A DNA stretch of 64,000 nt, from assembly GCA_951406725.2 (NCBI GenBank), contig OX597827.1, forward strand, positions 61,442,001-61,506,000. Reading direction: 5' to 3'. Shown one piece after another: positions 29,961 through 43,384 of this stretch; position 1 is the stretch's first letter; every line of letters starts with the position of its first letter. The notes below the pieces were generated by a model. It searched no databases and was not told the origin of the DNA. It saw nothing but the letters and a program-made list of their open reading frames with translations. The stretch comes from Octopus vulgaris. Lineage: Eukaryota. Made by a program: the position numbers and the translations under genes.

Positions 29961-30743
29961 CTTTAATGATAGCTTCAAATTTTGCCACAAGGGGCAGCAA
30001 GTTTGGGGGAGGGGAAGAGTCAATTGCATCGACCCCAGTGTTTGAAAGAGTTATCGTCAGAGAATCAGGTTCAATCCCCACCTGCCGCAACTAAAACTGG
30101 AATGGTTGGGCAAATCACCTGGAATGGTTGGACATCAAATGCAAACATGCAAATGCTCCAAAAATCTGCCCTCCTTGGAAAAGCTCATATGCTTAGAAAA
30201 GTATTTTCATACCAAGGACTTTTAGTAAGGCTTGGCAATTAATATTGAAGGCAAAAAAGAGTAAAAACCTGTATTTTATGTACATTTCGCACGATAAAAT
30301 ATAACAACAACGACAAAAGTAACGACAACAATAATTCTTTCTACTATAGGCACAAAGCCTGAAAAGTTTGGGGTGGAGGCTAGTCATTTACTTTGACCCC
30401 AGTATTCAACTGGTACTTATTTCATCAACTCTGAAAGAATAAAGGGCAAAGTAAATCTCAATGGAATTTGAACTCTGTATGTCCATCATGTTAACAATTC
30501 TACCACCTTGCCAGTTGAATAATGATAATCCTTTCTACCACAGGCACAAGGCCTGGAATTGGTGGAGCAGGATAGTCGATCACATCGACCCTAGTACTTG
30601 ACTAGTACTTACTTATTCCATCAACTCCCAAAATGCAATATAATAATAATAATAATAATTCATTCTTTTATTAGCCATGAGGGCTCACATAAAACAACAT
30701 TAAGTGACTTGCAACAACATAAAAGACATAAACAGGATGATAC

Positions 30744-30795
<52 letters not shown>

Positions 30796-31436
30796 GTAAT
30801 AATGATGATGATGATGTTGATTTCAAATTTTTGCCACAAGGGTAGCTTGAGGGAGGGGATTAAGTCAATTATACTGACCCCAGTGTATAACAGGTACTTA
30901 TTTAATTAACCCCAAAAGGATGAAAGGCAAAGTTGTCCTTGAGCTCAGAACATAGCAATGGGCAAAATATTGCTAAGCATTTTGCCCATCATGCTAACAA
31001 TTCTGTCAGCTTGCTGCCTTAATAATAAATAATAATAATAATAATAATAATAATCCTTTAAAAATAAGCATTGGGGTCAGTTTATTCAACTAAACCCTTC
31101 AAGCTATTGCTCCAGCATGGCTGCAGTCCAATGACTGAAATAAGTAAGAGATAAAAGGTCTAACTAATTAATGCCTTTTATGAAAAGTAAAAAACTTTTG
31201 AACAGAAAATTAACTCCAAAAATAGAAAAATAGTGTAATGTTTTAAAATCAGTTTTCAACAAAAATACATGTAGAAAATATGTCACAAACAAAAAAATAT
31301 ATCAATGTAACAAATACAAAATATAAAAATATTTAATTTTGATTTATATAGAGTGTCCTAGAATTATTAATATATTTCAATAAAATCAGGCAAATTTTAA
31401 AAAAACTCATATAATTATATGTTTATTATTTAATTA

Positions 31437-31855
31437 TTATTTCTTTATTGCCCACAAGGGGCTAAACATAGAGGGGACAAACAAGGACAGATAAAGGGAT
31501 TAAGTCGATTACATTGACCATAGTGTATAACTGGTACTTAATTTATCGACCCCAAAAGGATGAAAGGCAAAGTCGACCTCAGCAGAATTTGAACTCAGAA
31601 CATAGTGGCAGATGAAATACCTATTTCTTTACTAACCACAAAGGGCTAAACACAGAGAGGACAAACAAGGACAGACAAACGGATTAAGCCGATTATATCG
31701 ACCCCAGTGCGTAACTAGTACTTATTTAATCGACCCCGAAAGGATGAAAGGCAAAGTCGACATCAGCGGAATTTGAACTCAGAATGTAGTGGCAGATGAA
31801 TTACCGCTAAGCATTTCACCTGGCGTGCTAATGTTTCTGCCAGGTTGCCGCCTCA
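31437..31855 (-). mobile_element. SINE family 2 dimer
   Basis: Same organisation as 12841-13253 and 33736-34148. Confidence 0.88.
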
Positions 31856-32463
31856 TTATTATTTATTATTTAATCATGATACCAAAACAAGTAGATTTTA
31901 ACATTTTATATAAAAACTTCATTGCAAATTTTCGATATGTGCTCCGTCTGTGTTCCTACAAATTTCAAATCTATCTTTAGTGTTGTGAAAGTTATCTCCT
32001 GCATGACTAACTGAATGCATTCTTTAAGTTCAGCTAAACTATTGCTCCATCCTATGGATGGAAGTAGAGAAGCTGATTACAGCCAAACTGAAAAACAGCT
32101 GTTGTAGACAGATAAGCAAGATCAGACAAGAATGAAAATAAAATTATATAAAAAAAAAAAAATTATAAAGAGAGCTTTTAAAAGAATCGCCCAATTTCAC
32201 TGAAATAGATAGCTAATTCTGGGACACACTGAATTACAGAGATGTACGGCAGCATCAAGTTTAAAAAATGATAATGAGAGAATCAAGTTGCAACATTCAT
32301 TCATATTTTTCTTAATATGCAGTTTGAAACCGGTTCGGCTGCATATCAAAACAACTGAAGACATAATGAAATTTTATAACATGATGAAACAATGTTATGA
32401 AAATCTATAAATTTATGTGTTAAAATAGAACTAAGATATTTCGTTTTTGAATGGAATTCTAGC

Positions 32464-32841
32464 TTAACCCTTTAGCATTCACATTCCTCTGTTAAATGTA
32501 ATACTTATTTATTCATTGTTTTGAATTAATCATGCACTGTCTTGTAGCTTTGAGATTTCGATGATGTGGTTGTCTATTTTCTAGAATAACATTTTAGTGT
32601 AGATTTGAAATGCTGGATCTTAAAGAATTTAGTAAAATAACTTAGTTAACATTCAGCTAGTTTTAGGAACATAAATTGTGACAAAGGTTTGGTAGAAGAT
32701 TTTAATTCAAAACTTATGAAAACAAGACATTTGTACTCAAAGCCAGATCCGGTTTCAGCCGGGTTGGTAACGAAAGGGTTAAATGTAGAACAGGAAGAAT
32801 ATTTGGGCTGAATTTGGCAGGTTTAAATGCTAAAGGGTTAA
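32464..32841. mobile_element. piggyBac-like MITE
   Basis: TTAA-CCCTTTAGCATT ... AATGCTAAAGGG-TTAA: TIRs with TTAA target duplication. A second TTAA-type end (GGTAACGAAAGGGTTAA) lies inside at 32766-32782. Confidence 0.75.
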
Positions 32842-33735
32842 GCACCCCATATAACCCCTTGAAATTCTTTTTTTTATTTTTTGGAATTTTCAGAAAAGTT
32901 TTGTGAATTTGTGTTCTACCCATGTGAATTTATAAGATCATACAAAAACAAAAACAAAAGATTTTTCTGTTCAATTTATGGGCAATTTAGCTGTTTAACA
33001 CATTTCATGACCACTCAATATGTTCCTCGCTATTTTTCTCCCTATAAACACATTCAATAGTCCAATTCTGGGATTTAATAAAAAAAATTCAGACTGTCTG
33101 TATTTTAAACTCTGATTTAAAAAAAGAAATTACAAAAAGAGTGAAAATTTTAGGTTTATGAGGCTTGGGGTGGAGGTTAATAATTCTTTTGTAAAAATGG
33201 ATTTTTTTGTATATAATCACATGAATTCCCATGCATAGAACACAAATTTGCACAAATATATTACCAGGAGTAATATAAGGGGTACTTTATACCAGAATTC
33301 CACCAGTTTTTGTATTACGTTTGCTGAGATTCTTGATATGAGATCTTATGTTGAGACAGATATAGTGGTTCCACAAGAGGGACATTGTGCCAGTAATAAA
33401 CTCTGTGCACTGGGTTCAATTTCACATCCTTATTATTTGTCATTGGTCAACTATTTAACCAACTAATTGATTGATCGATTGATCATTCATTTAATCAATC
33501 AATCAGTCATGTTTGTCAAAGTCCTTTTGTCATCATTCATGATCTCTTCAATGTTATATCAGCTTGGAGTTTGACAAATACAAGTGACTGATTACTTAAT
33601 CATCATCATCATCATCTTTTAACGTCTGTTTTCCATGCTGGCATGGGTTGGATGACTTGACCAGAAGTGGCAAGCTAGGAAGCTGTGCCAGATTCCGTTG
33701 ATTTTCCCTGGTTTCTATGGCCGAATGCCCTTTCT

Positions 33736-34148
33736 TATTTCTTTATTGCCCACAAGGGGCTAAACATAGAGGGGAAAAACAAGGACAAACCAAGGGATTA
33801 AGTCGATTAGATCGACCCCAGTACGTAACTGGTACTTAATTTATCGACCCTGAAAGGATGAAAGGCAAAGTCGACCTCGGCGGAATTTGAACTCAGAACA
33901 TAACGGCAGATGAAATACCTATTTCTTTACTTCCCACAAGGGGCTACACACAGAGGGGACAAACAAGGACAGACAAAGGGATTAAGTCGATTAGATCGCC
34001 CCCAGTGTGTAACTGGTACTTAATTTATTGACCCCGAAAGGATGAAAGGCAAAGTCGACCTCAGCGGAATTTGAACTCAGAACATAACGGCAGATGAAAT
34101 ACCGCTAAGCATTTCACCTGGTGTGCTAACGTTTCTGCCAGCTCACCA
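33736..34148 (-). mobile_element. SINE family 2 dimer inserted in an RTE-tail repeat
   Basis: 12-bp TSD AATGCCCTTTCT at 33724-33735 and 34149-34160. Confidence 0.9.
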
Positions 34149-36164
34149 AATGCCCTTTCTATGCCAACCACTTTACAGTGCATGCTGGGTGCTTTTAACA
34201 TGCCACCAGCACAAGGGCTTTTACATGACCATGGCACCAGTGCTTACAAAGTGGCACCAGCATGAGAGCTTTTTATGTGGCACCAGCACAGGACTCTTAC
34301 AAGCCAATCTTCTTCACCAGGGGATGTGGCTTTAACACTTCTGCTGTGAAGGACGGGTTACTGATTAAGTAAACAAGTAATTAGTTAGTTGGTAATTAGT
34401 TAACCAATTGACGAATGATAAAGAGCTAAGAACATTTCATTTAAAAATAGTATTTTTATATTCTTCAGAGATATGGAGGTACAAGCATAACTGTCATTAA
34501 GAAGGTTGCTTTGCAAACCACATGGTCCCGGGTTCAGTCCCACTGCGTGGCACCTTGGGCAAGCGTCTTCTACTATAGCCTTGGGCCAACTATATTCTTG
34601 GCAAACAGGAACTAAACAAAGCCATGTGTGCATGTGTATATGTATATCTGTATATGAGTGTGTCTGTGTATATACATGTTTATCTATGTGTGTGTGTGTC
34701 TGTATATAAACATGTGTGTCTGTGTGTGTACATGTATATGCGTGTGTGTGTGCATGCATGTGTGTATACATGTATGTATATCTATGTGTGTGTGTGTGTC
34801 TGTATGTAAACATGTATATCTGTGTGTGTGTCTGTGTGTGTACATGTACATGTGTGTGTGTGTATGTGCATGCATGTGTGTATACATGTATGTATGTCTG
34901 TGTGTGTGTGTGTCTGTGTGTACATGTACATGTGTGTGTGTGTGCATGCATGTGTGTATGCATGTATGTATATCTGTGTGTGTGTGTGAGTGTGTGTGTG
35001 TGCACATGTGACTGCATTTGTGTCTTTGAAGATGGAAGACAATAACTGCGAAGGAATATATTAAGAATTTTAAAAAATAATAACAGCACAAAAAAAAAAG
35101 ATGAAATTTCATACACATGCAAAAAAAAAAAAAAGAAAGAAAAATAGGCAAAAACTGAAATTCAAAAATTCAAAAAAAATCATCACTCCACATCACTCCA
35201 TTCTCTAATTCATAATTTCAGAAATATTTTAAATGCAGGAAATTAACCATCTACAGATCAAATTTAAAGAACATGCACGGCGGTGCCCCAGCATGGCCAC
35301 AGCTCAAGAGCTGAAACTGGAAAACAAAAACATAATAAACAGTTAATAGATTAGTTACTGCAGTGTTTGTCCTCAGATAACATCTATCATGAACTTTCTG
35401 TATTAAAAGCACAATAAATATCAGAGAGAGACAAAAATTCATGCCAGCAGTGGCCAGCAACAGTGCCAGCCGTTCAAGAATTTGGACCTGGTGATCTCCA
35501 TTTCCAGTGACTTTGAGGGCCACCTCCCAGTGGTGTCAGGCATCAACAAAGAGCCCTCGACTACAACAAGACGACCAAAGTTTTTTTTTGTTTTCCAAGG
35601 TCTGGGGTCTCGCGCCTCTAAGCCCTAGACCATCACCTAATCACCCTTACCGGTCTTGTTGCTTAACAACAACAAGAGCAACAGCGCCAGATGGAATTCA
35701 TCTGTTTTGGGGGTCTTCCTAAAGGTGTGCTTTGCTTGGATGACAATCTGTTGCCTCTTGCCATATTGTGTTCGTTACACAGCAAGTCAACGAAAGATGT
35801 TATCTCAGGACAAATGCTGCAGTATCTGGCCTATCAACATGTGTATATACGATAGATGGTTATTTTAAGTTAACAGAACCTCAATCACACCAACCAGATT
35901 TTAAATGCAATATTTTCTTCTCAAAGCAATTTTAATAAAATATAGGAGATAAATGAACTCTGTTGTCTTGGTAGATGTATATAAGTAATGATCTCAGATA
36001 TATTACTGTACATATTGCATAGGTAGATGTATGTATTATTTTATATCATTTGGCATATGTCTGCCATATATATAGATATCTTATCTCATATCATACTTAA
36101 TATCTCAATCATATAGCCAGTCAGTATTTTATACAATTATGCATACCTATCACATGTTAGGAAT

Positions 36165-36778
<614 letters not shown>

Positions 36779-37512
36779 GAATTAATCATGTTCACAATAA
36801 TACTCTATTTGAATTTTTTAGCTCATAACTTTTAATAATATCAATGTCCTTAACTTATTGATTACATTACAGGTTTTGTCTCTTTATATATATATATTTA
36901 TTCCTTATTCTTTTATTCCTTATCATATTATGAGGTAAGTTAAACTTTTAGTTTTTAGGTTTATTTTATGAATTTGACCTGAGGAGTGACTGCTTTTGGG
37001 AGTAAAATCATTTTTCCATTCTAATGAACTTAGATATGGTTTTCTTATATGATTTTACATAGTCCTAATTCAGCCATGAAACGCACGTAGTTGATGTACA
37101 AGTACTTACTTTTACACATTATAGTATTGTATTAATTAATTTTTATTGTTCAATTTATACTTTTTTTGATTTTAGATTAATATTTTTATGATGAATGTTT
37201 CTTGGTATGGTATTCACAGTGATTTTAAAAGTATTTGCTCATATATATTATATGATTGTAATAATCTTATTGTTCAATATTATATATTATTAAAATTTTA
37301 GATTAGTATTTTGTAGGGTATATATATATAATATCTTTAACATATAATCTAGGTATCTACCTCTATTTTGTAATACACACATGCATGCACACACACACAC
37401 ACACACACACACACGCATACATACAATATCTTTATCATATAATCTAGATATCTACCTCTGTTTTGTATTCTTACTAGTTTTTCTCTCATATTGTATAGTG
37501 TCCGATTTTTAC

Positions 37513-37672
37513 CTTCATTAAAACCATTTGTGGTGATACAGTTGTTACCAAATGTTGCTGTGGGAGCTGTTTCAAAACTTTATGAGTATTACTGAAACAA
37601 ATAACATCAGAATTTTCCTCAGTCCTTCTTGATGTCAAGTGCAGACAAGATTTTCTACCAGTTCTGAAGATA
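37513..37672 (-). other. Candidate 160-nt internal exon of an unknown transcript
   Basis: Strong acceptor ctttctttctctttcttttcag at 37673 and donor GAAG|GTAAAA at 37513/37512. One frame is open (IFRTGRKSCLHL...PQMVLMK) but matches no domain I recognise. Confidence 0.3.
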
Positions 37673-37772
37673 CTGAAAAGAAAGAGAAAGAAAGAAAAAC
37701 TAAGAATGTTACTGTTTCTTTTCCCAGAAATCTCTCAAAGAGAGATATTCAGTAACAGTACTTTAAAGTAAA

Positions 37773-38404
37773 AACTATTTGTCGACATAATGTGGCAGTC
37801 CTGGATGGGACGAATGTTACTGTTGTTTAACCCCAGGAAACATTGTTTCCAGTTGGCTATATGACACAATATCTGTTCCAAAGTATATAAGTGACCCGCT
37901 GTTCTTGAGGAGACCTATTGAGTCAAGTTCATCAACATCAACATCAAAATAAAAATCAAATGGAAATTGCAGTTAAGATACCCATGCTAGTGGCACGTAA
38001 AAAGCACCATCCGAACGTGGCTGATGCCAGCACCGCCTGACTGGCGTCCGTATCAGTGACATGTAAAATGCACCGACCAATAATGGCCATTTGCCAGCGT
38101 CCTCTGGCCCCTGTGCCGGTGGCACGTAAAAAGCACCCACTACATTCACGGAGTGGTTGGCGTTAGGAAGGGCATCCAGCTGTAGTAACACTACCAAATC
38201 AGACTGGAGCCTGGCACAGCCTCCTGGCTTCCAAGACCCCAGTTAAACCGTAAACCCATGCTAGCATGGGAAACAGACATTAAACGATGATGATGATGAT
38301 GATGATAATATCATACAGCCAGCTGGAAAGGATATTTCCTGGGGCTAAACAACAGTAACATTCATCCTATCCAGGACAGCCACATTATGTTGGCAAATAG
38401 TCTT
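37773..38404. mobile_element. MITE-like foldback (about 93-bp arms) containing an RTE-tail repeat
   Basis: 37773-37865 and 38311-38404 are imperfect reverse complements; a single arm copy is at about 7415-7510. Confidence 0.7.
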
Positions 38405-38784
38405 CACAGGCTTATAGTTATTGCTATTATTGGGTGGTGGATGCTTTGGCAGAATCGTTAGAATGTTGCATTAAGTAGTGCAGTGTGTGTTCTGGCTCTT
38501 TTCATCTGGCTTAATTCAAATCTTATTTAAGCCAACTTTCCCTTTTATCCTTTCAGAGTCAATAAAATAAAACACCAGACAAATATAGAGGTCAAGAGCG
38601 TCTACTATTCCTCCCAGCTCAAAACTGCTGGCCTAATATTTATATTGTTGCTGTTGTTATTATTGTTTATCTGTAGGTTAGTTCTGATTGACAAGGCCTA
38701 CATCTCAATGTCATTGGAGCACTGGAGAAAAAAATACTTAGGGGTATTTATTGTAGTTCATTTGCATCATGAACCGAAATCCAA

Positions 38785-39945
38785 CAAATTGCTGGACTAG
38801 ATGATGAAAGTTGCAGAAAGAGTCATAGCTCAATTATTTAGGAAGGGAGTTAGCATAGATGAAATACAGTTTGAATTTGCACCAGGCAGAAGCACCACTG
38901 ATGCTATCTTGCTGTCGAAGCAACTGCAGAAGTACTTGACCAAAAATAAACCTCTATATCTGGCTTTTGTTGACATGGAGAAAGCTTTTGACGGGGCCCC
39001 CTGCTCCCTTATCTAGTAGGCAATGCAGAAGCTAGGGATAGATGAGTGGTTGGTGAGAGCTATAAAAGCTGTACAGTAAGGTGAAAGTTACCAATGAATA
39101 TAGCAAGGAGTTTAGTGAACAAGTAGGAGTCCACCATGGATTGGTTCTTAGCCCCTTCTTGTTTGTAATAGTCCTCCAAGCTATGACTGAGGAATTTAAG
39201 ACTGGCTATTCCTGGGAGCTCCTCTATGCAGATGACCTTCTTCTTTTGCTGAATCACTACCAGAACTAGGAAAATATTTCAGGTACGGAAGCAAGGACTT
39301 AATTCTAAGGGCCTTGGAGTTAACTTAGCAAAAACCAAAGTCTTAGTAAATAGGAAAACAGACAAATTACAGATCCCTTCTGGGAGATAGCTCTGCTTGA
39401 TATGTAGAAAAGGTGGGACCCTTCACACATTGGGCAATATGCTGTGCTTGAGAAGACCCACCAAGCCAAGTGAAATCATAGTCGTGGCTGATGCCAGTGT
39501 CACATACCTGGCACCCGTGCCAGTGGCATGTGAAAAACACCCTTCAAACTTTGGTACTCATGGAGGCAGTGACATATGACCAAGACCTTCGATAATATAC
39601 CATGCTTGAGAAGAAGGTGGTGAGCTGGCAGAAACGTTAGCATGCTGGGCGAAATGCTTAGCAGTATTTCGTCTGTCGTTACATTCTAAGTTCAAATTCT
39701 GCCGAGGTCACCTTTGCCTTTCATCCTTTTAGGGTCAATAAATAAAGTACAAGTTTCACACTGGGGTCGATGTAATCGACTTAATCCCTTTGTCTGTCCT
39801 TGTTTGTTCCCTCTATGCTTAGCCCCTTGTGGGCAGTAAAGAAATAAATATACCACGCTTGAGAAGACTTGTCAAGCCAAGTGAGACCGTAGTCATGGCT
39901 GATGTCAGTGTTTCGCAACTGGCACCCACGTTGGTGGCACAGTTG
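38785..39945 (+). mobile_element. RTE-clade LINE RT remnant plus 3' repeats, with a nested SINE2 copy (39615-39846)
   Basis: QFEFAPGRSTTDAI...LYLAFVDMEKAFD, VGVHHGLVLSPFLF, LLYADDL. The SINE2 copy is flanked by a 21-bp duplication AATATACCA(T/C)GCTTGAGAAGA. Confidence 0.88.
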
Positions 39946-40589
39946 CAACATTCCACCCTAATAGTATGTTGACTTACCAATGGAAACTAGAACTTTATGG
40001 AGAAAGTGGATATTGTATTGGGCTGCCAGCTCAGCTTTTTATTATCATATTCATGCAGAAATATTACTACCTTTGATTCAAATAATTTTAAAATTGCTTG
40101 AAAACTAATTGAAAAATTAATTAAGGTAGACCAACACACTAAAATTAACTGAGGTAAACCAGCACTCTAATTCACAAGCTGGAGTTAAACACTGCATTAA
40201 GGAATGATGTATATTTTATGTTTTGAACAAATGATTATTGTATATAGTGTCCATTTAGAATACAAATACTGGTACTTAACTTATTGACCCTGAAAGGATG
40301 AAAGGCAAATTCAGACACAACAGAATTTGAACTCAGAATGTAAAGACAAATGCTAAGTATTTCGCTTAGTATACTAACAATTCTGCCAACTTGCCATTTT
40401 ATAATTAATAATAATAATAATAATCCTTTCTGCTGTAGACACAAGGCCTGAAATTTCACTGGCACTTAATTTATTGACCCCGAAAGGATGAAAGGCAAAT
40501 TCAGCCTCAACAGAATTTGAACTCAGAATGTAAAGACAAACGCTAATCATTTCGCTCGGTATGCTAACAATTCTGCCAACTTGCCATTT

Positions 40590-40632
<43 letters not shown>

Positions 40633-40926
40633 TATAGCTTTGCTAGAAACATCCCACATCCTATGCAAGACATTATCAATCCGATAATACAACCTAAACA
40701 AAATAATCCACAAACACAAGACACACTCTGTACAGCAATTATCCAATAAAATAAACTTCTACCAGTAATCCAAATAACCAATGCATAACACAGTCAACAC
40801 ACAATATAAACAGTAATACAACAAAAGACTGCACCACACCTCAAAAGAAAAAAGACTGACACAATACAATACTGGGAAGAATTTGCACACTCCCAATAGA
40901 AAAGAACACACAATGCTGTACTTATC

Positions 40927-42960
40927 TCAGCAACACGGAGATGTAGCAGTAGAAATTTGCCTAAAACTACCAAATGTTGAACAATTATAATGATAATAAT
41001 CAGTAATTCTTACCATTTGGAGGCAACCGATAACCAACAGTAGGTAATAGGAAAAGGAGGTATTTCCACATGAAATTCCAAGAGACATGCGCTTTCCACT
41101 ATGTTCAATTAGACGATCACCATCCCTGACCATTTTCATTCCCCTGTTTTGTACAACCACCATTGAAGTCAGAGGTGTAACAAAGCCATATTTGAGTGCT
41201 ATTGAGATTATCTGGTCTCGAACTTTTGGAGTTCTTTCTAAATTTAATAACTTTTTTAAAGTGAGGTGGACCCATGTGTTGCGAGTTATAGTATGAAGAG
41301 ACTGAAGTGTAGTCAGTTTGGGATTCTGTGGAATGGATTCAAGACCTAATTGAAATTCACCATTAAGGTTTTCAATAGGCAGCTTTAATTTTTCAGATTT
41401 CAAACCAGAAGAAGTATCCATTGTGAGCAAAATGCTTATGTCTTCTTTCAGGTCTTCTGATGTGGTACCAGCAACAACTATCTCAGAACCTTTGAAGTAA
41501 TAGCTGAATGAATTTTCTGTTAAGGTTGTACGATTGATAGCATCATCTAGGTAAACTATATCAATGTTTTTCAAAAGGATGCGAGAAATTTCTTGATATA
41601 AGTTTAAGATTTGCATTCGACTGTCAGCTGCTACATAGATCTTACGACTAAATCCACCGTTTGCACCAGCAAGTTGTTTCAAGAAATTCATGTCACTATT
41701 TTCACCAAAGCCTAATGTGAAAATAGAAGTATCACTGTTAGCTTTCGCCACATTTTTCATAATAGTATACCAGTCTACGACACCATCAGTTGGTTGGCCA
41801 TCAGTCAGAAAAAAGATTAAATTTTTAGTCTCACTGGACTTTAGATTATCAAATTTATTCAGGCTGGTAAGAAGTGCTTCGTTAATGTTTGTTCCTCCAC
41901 CCGTTGATAATCTATCAATATAGTTAAGAGCAACATTAATATTCTCCTTACTTGCAGGCAAAAAACCATCAGTCATCCAGTCAATGCCTGAACTAAATAT
42001 TCCAATCATGAATGTGTCCAGAGCTTGTTTCAACGAATGAAGGATACCAGTCATTGCTTTTTTCAGTTGTTTCAATTTATGGCCAGACATTGAACCACTC
42101 ACGTCTAACATGAAAACTATCTTCTTCTGAAGTGAGGGGAAAGAATCAGGAGCATAAAAATGTACAAAGTATCCATCGATAGCATAAACCATGTTTGAAG
42201 ATACTTTCCAGTCGACATCATAGTTTACTTCAAACAGTCCTGTGATTCCCTGGGAAGATAAGGCCTTCTGGTCAGAGACACTGGGTTCATAGTTTATATA
42301 AACTTGTTTATTGTTTTTGTAGTCTATGTTCCCTACTTCTTTCGTCTCCTTCCTTATTTCAACAGCATTTTTTTCAAAACTCACTTGCTTAAGTTCAACG
42401 TTACACTTGCTAATGCCTTGAAGTTCTGATATAAAGACTTCTATTTTAAAGTTCTCAATGATTTGTTCGTTGGTTAAATGAATAACATGTTTGTATTTCC
42501 CGAATGACCTTCGCAATAACTCTTGGTATGTGAGTGTGAACACAGCTGTTTTCTGTGCCTCTACGCTGACCATCACATGGAATGTGCTTGTGTGCCTATG
42601 TTCTGTGCCGACATAACCTGCTGACTCACCTCTTTGTGCAGCTTTGTCGTAAATCTCCTTGGCTTGCTTTTTCTCAAGAACATCTCCCACAAAAACAGAA
42701 CCATTAACTTCCATGGTGAAATTTGACACAAACGCATTTTCCGGAATGTTGACGTGAAATACGGCTAGTGCTGAAGATTTACGTGTGTTTTTGAATACAG
42801 TTTCCACTCTTGTGGTTGCATAGCGAAACTTGATGTCACTCATGACAGAAAAGGAATGAATGTTAAGTGAAGAATCGTCTGCAACAACTTCAGAACCAAG
42901 AACAAACCCAAACAGTAGAAGTTGGAAAATAAACATATTATTTTTGATATCCTTCATCAT
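40927..42960 (-). CDS. Inter-alpha-trypsin inhibitor heavy chain (ITIH)-like protein, signal peptide + VIT + vWA, 677 aa, single coding exon
   Basis: Uninterrupted 2034-bp ORF. N-terminal hydrophobic signal (MMKDIKNNMFIFQLLLFGFVLGSEVVA). VIT domain (SDIKFRYATTRV...IPENAFVSNFTM...FTLTYQELLRR). ITIH motif DGYFVHFYAP. vWA with MIDAS DVSGS / GGGTNI / LTDG. Motifs YYFKGSEIVVAG and YGFVTPLTSMVV. The ORF-track extension to 43188 is polypyrimidine intron-like sequence, so the ATG at 42960 is preferred. Confidence 0.93.
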   Translation of the reverse strand: MMKDIKNNMFIFQLLLFGFVLGSEVVADDSSLNIHSFSVMSDIKFRYATTRVETVFKNTRKSSALAVFHVNIPENAFVSNFTMEVNGSVFVGDVLEKKQAKEIYDKAAQRGESAGYVGTEHRHTSTFHVMVSVEAQKTAVFTLTYQELLRRSFGKYKHVIHLTNEQIIENFKIEVFISELQGISKCNVELKQVSFEKNAVEIRKETKEVGNIDYKNNKQVYINYEPSVSDQKALSSQGITGLFEVNYDVDWKVSSNMVYAIDGYFVHFYAPDSFPSLQKKIVFMLDVSGSMSGHKLKQLKKAMTGILHSLKQALDTFMIGIFSSGIDWMTDGFLPASKENINVALNYIDRLSTGGGTNINEALLTSLNKFDNLKSSETKNLIFFLTDGQPTDGVVDWYTIMKNVAKANSDTSIFTLGFGENSDMNFLKQLAGANGGFSRKIYVAADSRMQILNLYQEISRILLKNIDIVYLDDAINRTTLTENSFSYYFKGSEIVVAGTTSEDLKEDISILLTMDTSSGLKSEKLKLPIENLNGEFQLGLESIPQNPKLTTLQSLHTITRNTWVHLTLKKLLNLERTPKVRDQIISIALKYGFVTPLTSMVVVQNRGMKMVRDGDRLIEHSGKRMSLGISCGNTSFSYYLLLVIGCLQMVRITDYYHYNCSTFGSFRQISTATSPCC

Positions 42961-42984
42961 TTTATTCCTTCTAAACACGAGTAA

Positions 42985-43015
42985 CTGAAATATAAAAGAA
43001 ATAAAAAATTTATTT
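42985..43015 (-). other. Splice acceptor 24 nt upstream of the ITIH-like ATG (5'-UTR intron)
   Basis: Minus strand reads ttttttatttcttttatatttcag|ttactcgtg...aaaATGATG. Confidence 0.7.
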
Positions 43016-43384
43016 TTTAAAAAAATGGTAAAATTTAGATGATTACTATCTTCAAAAGAAACAATTTTTAAAAAGGAAAACATGAATTTATTGTTACACC
43101 ATACATAATTGCATAAATATTCCACATAAAAATATAAATCCAAAAATACAATTATAAGCAAAGCAAAAAGAAAGAAAAATATCATCAACTCAACACTAAG
43201 TTCATCAATCGACCACTCTCAAGACACTAGTGTGTAATTTTAGTGATATATAGCTGTTATTTCTAGCATAATCGCTCGGTAAGAAGGGATACTCTGAACA
43301 TGATAAAAGAGTAAACCACCTTATCCTTCTAACCATTAACGAGTCAATATAAAGACCCTCACCCAGGGAACAAACAAAAAAGAA

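Noticed and set aside
35430-35840. GC-richer non-repetitive stretch with short ORFs
   Set aside because: No recognisable domain or convincing splice pair; left unassigned.
40927-40940. C-terminal CC as a Rab-type prenylation signal
   Set aside because: The protein has a signal peptide, and Rab geranylgeranylation needs a Rab fold for REP binding.
42915-43000. FIFQLLVF / FIFQLLLF repeated peptide across the acceptor and signal peptide
   Set aside because: Short and low-complexity at the DNA level; cannot be distinguished from chance.
42961-43188. 76-aa N-terminal extension of the 753-aa ORF
   Set aside because: Non-ATG start, T-rich intron-like sequence with a clear acceptor at 42985; the signal peptide begins at 42960.
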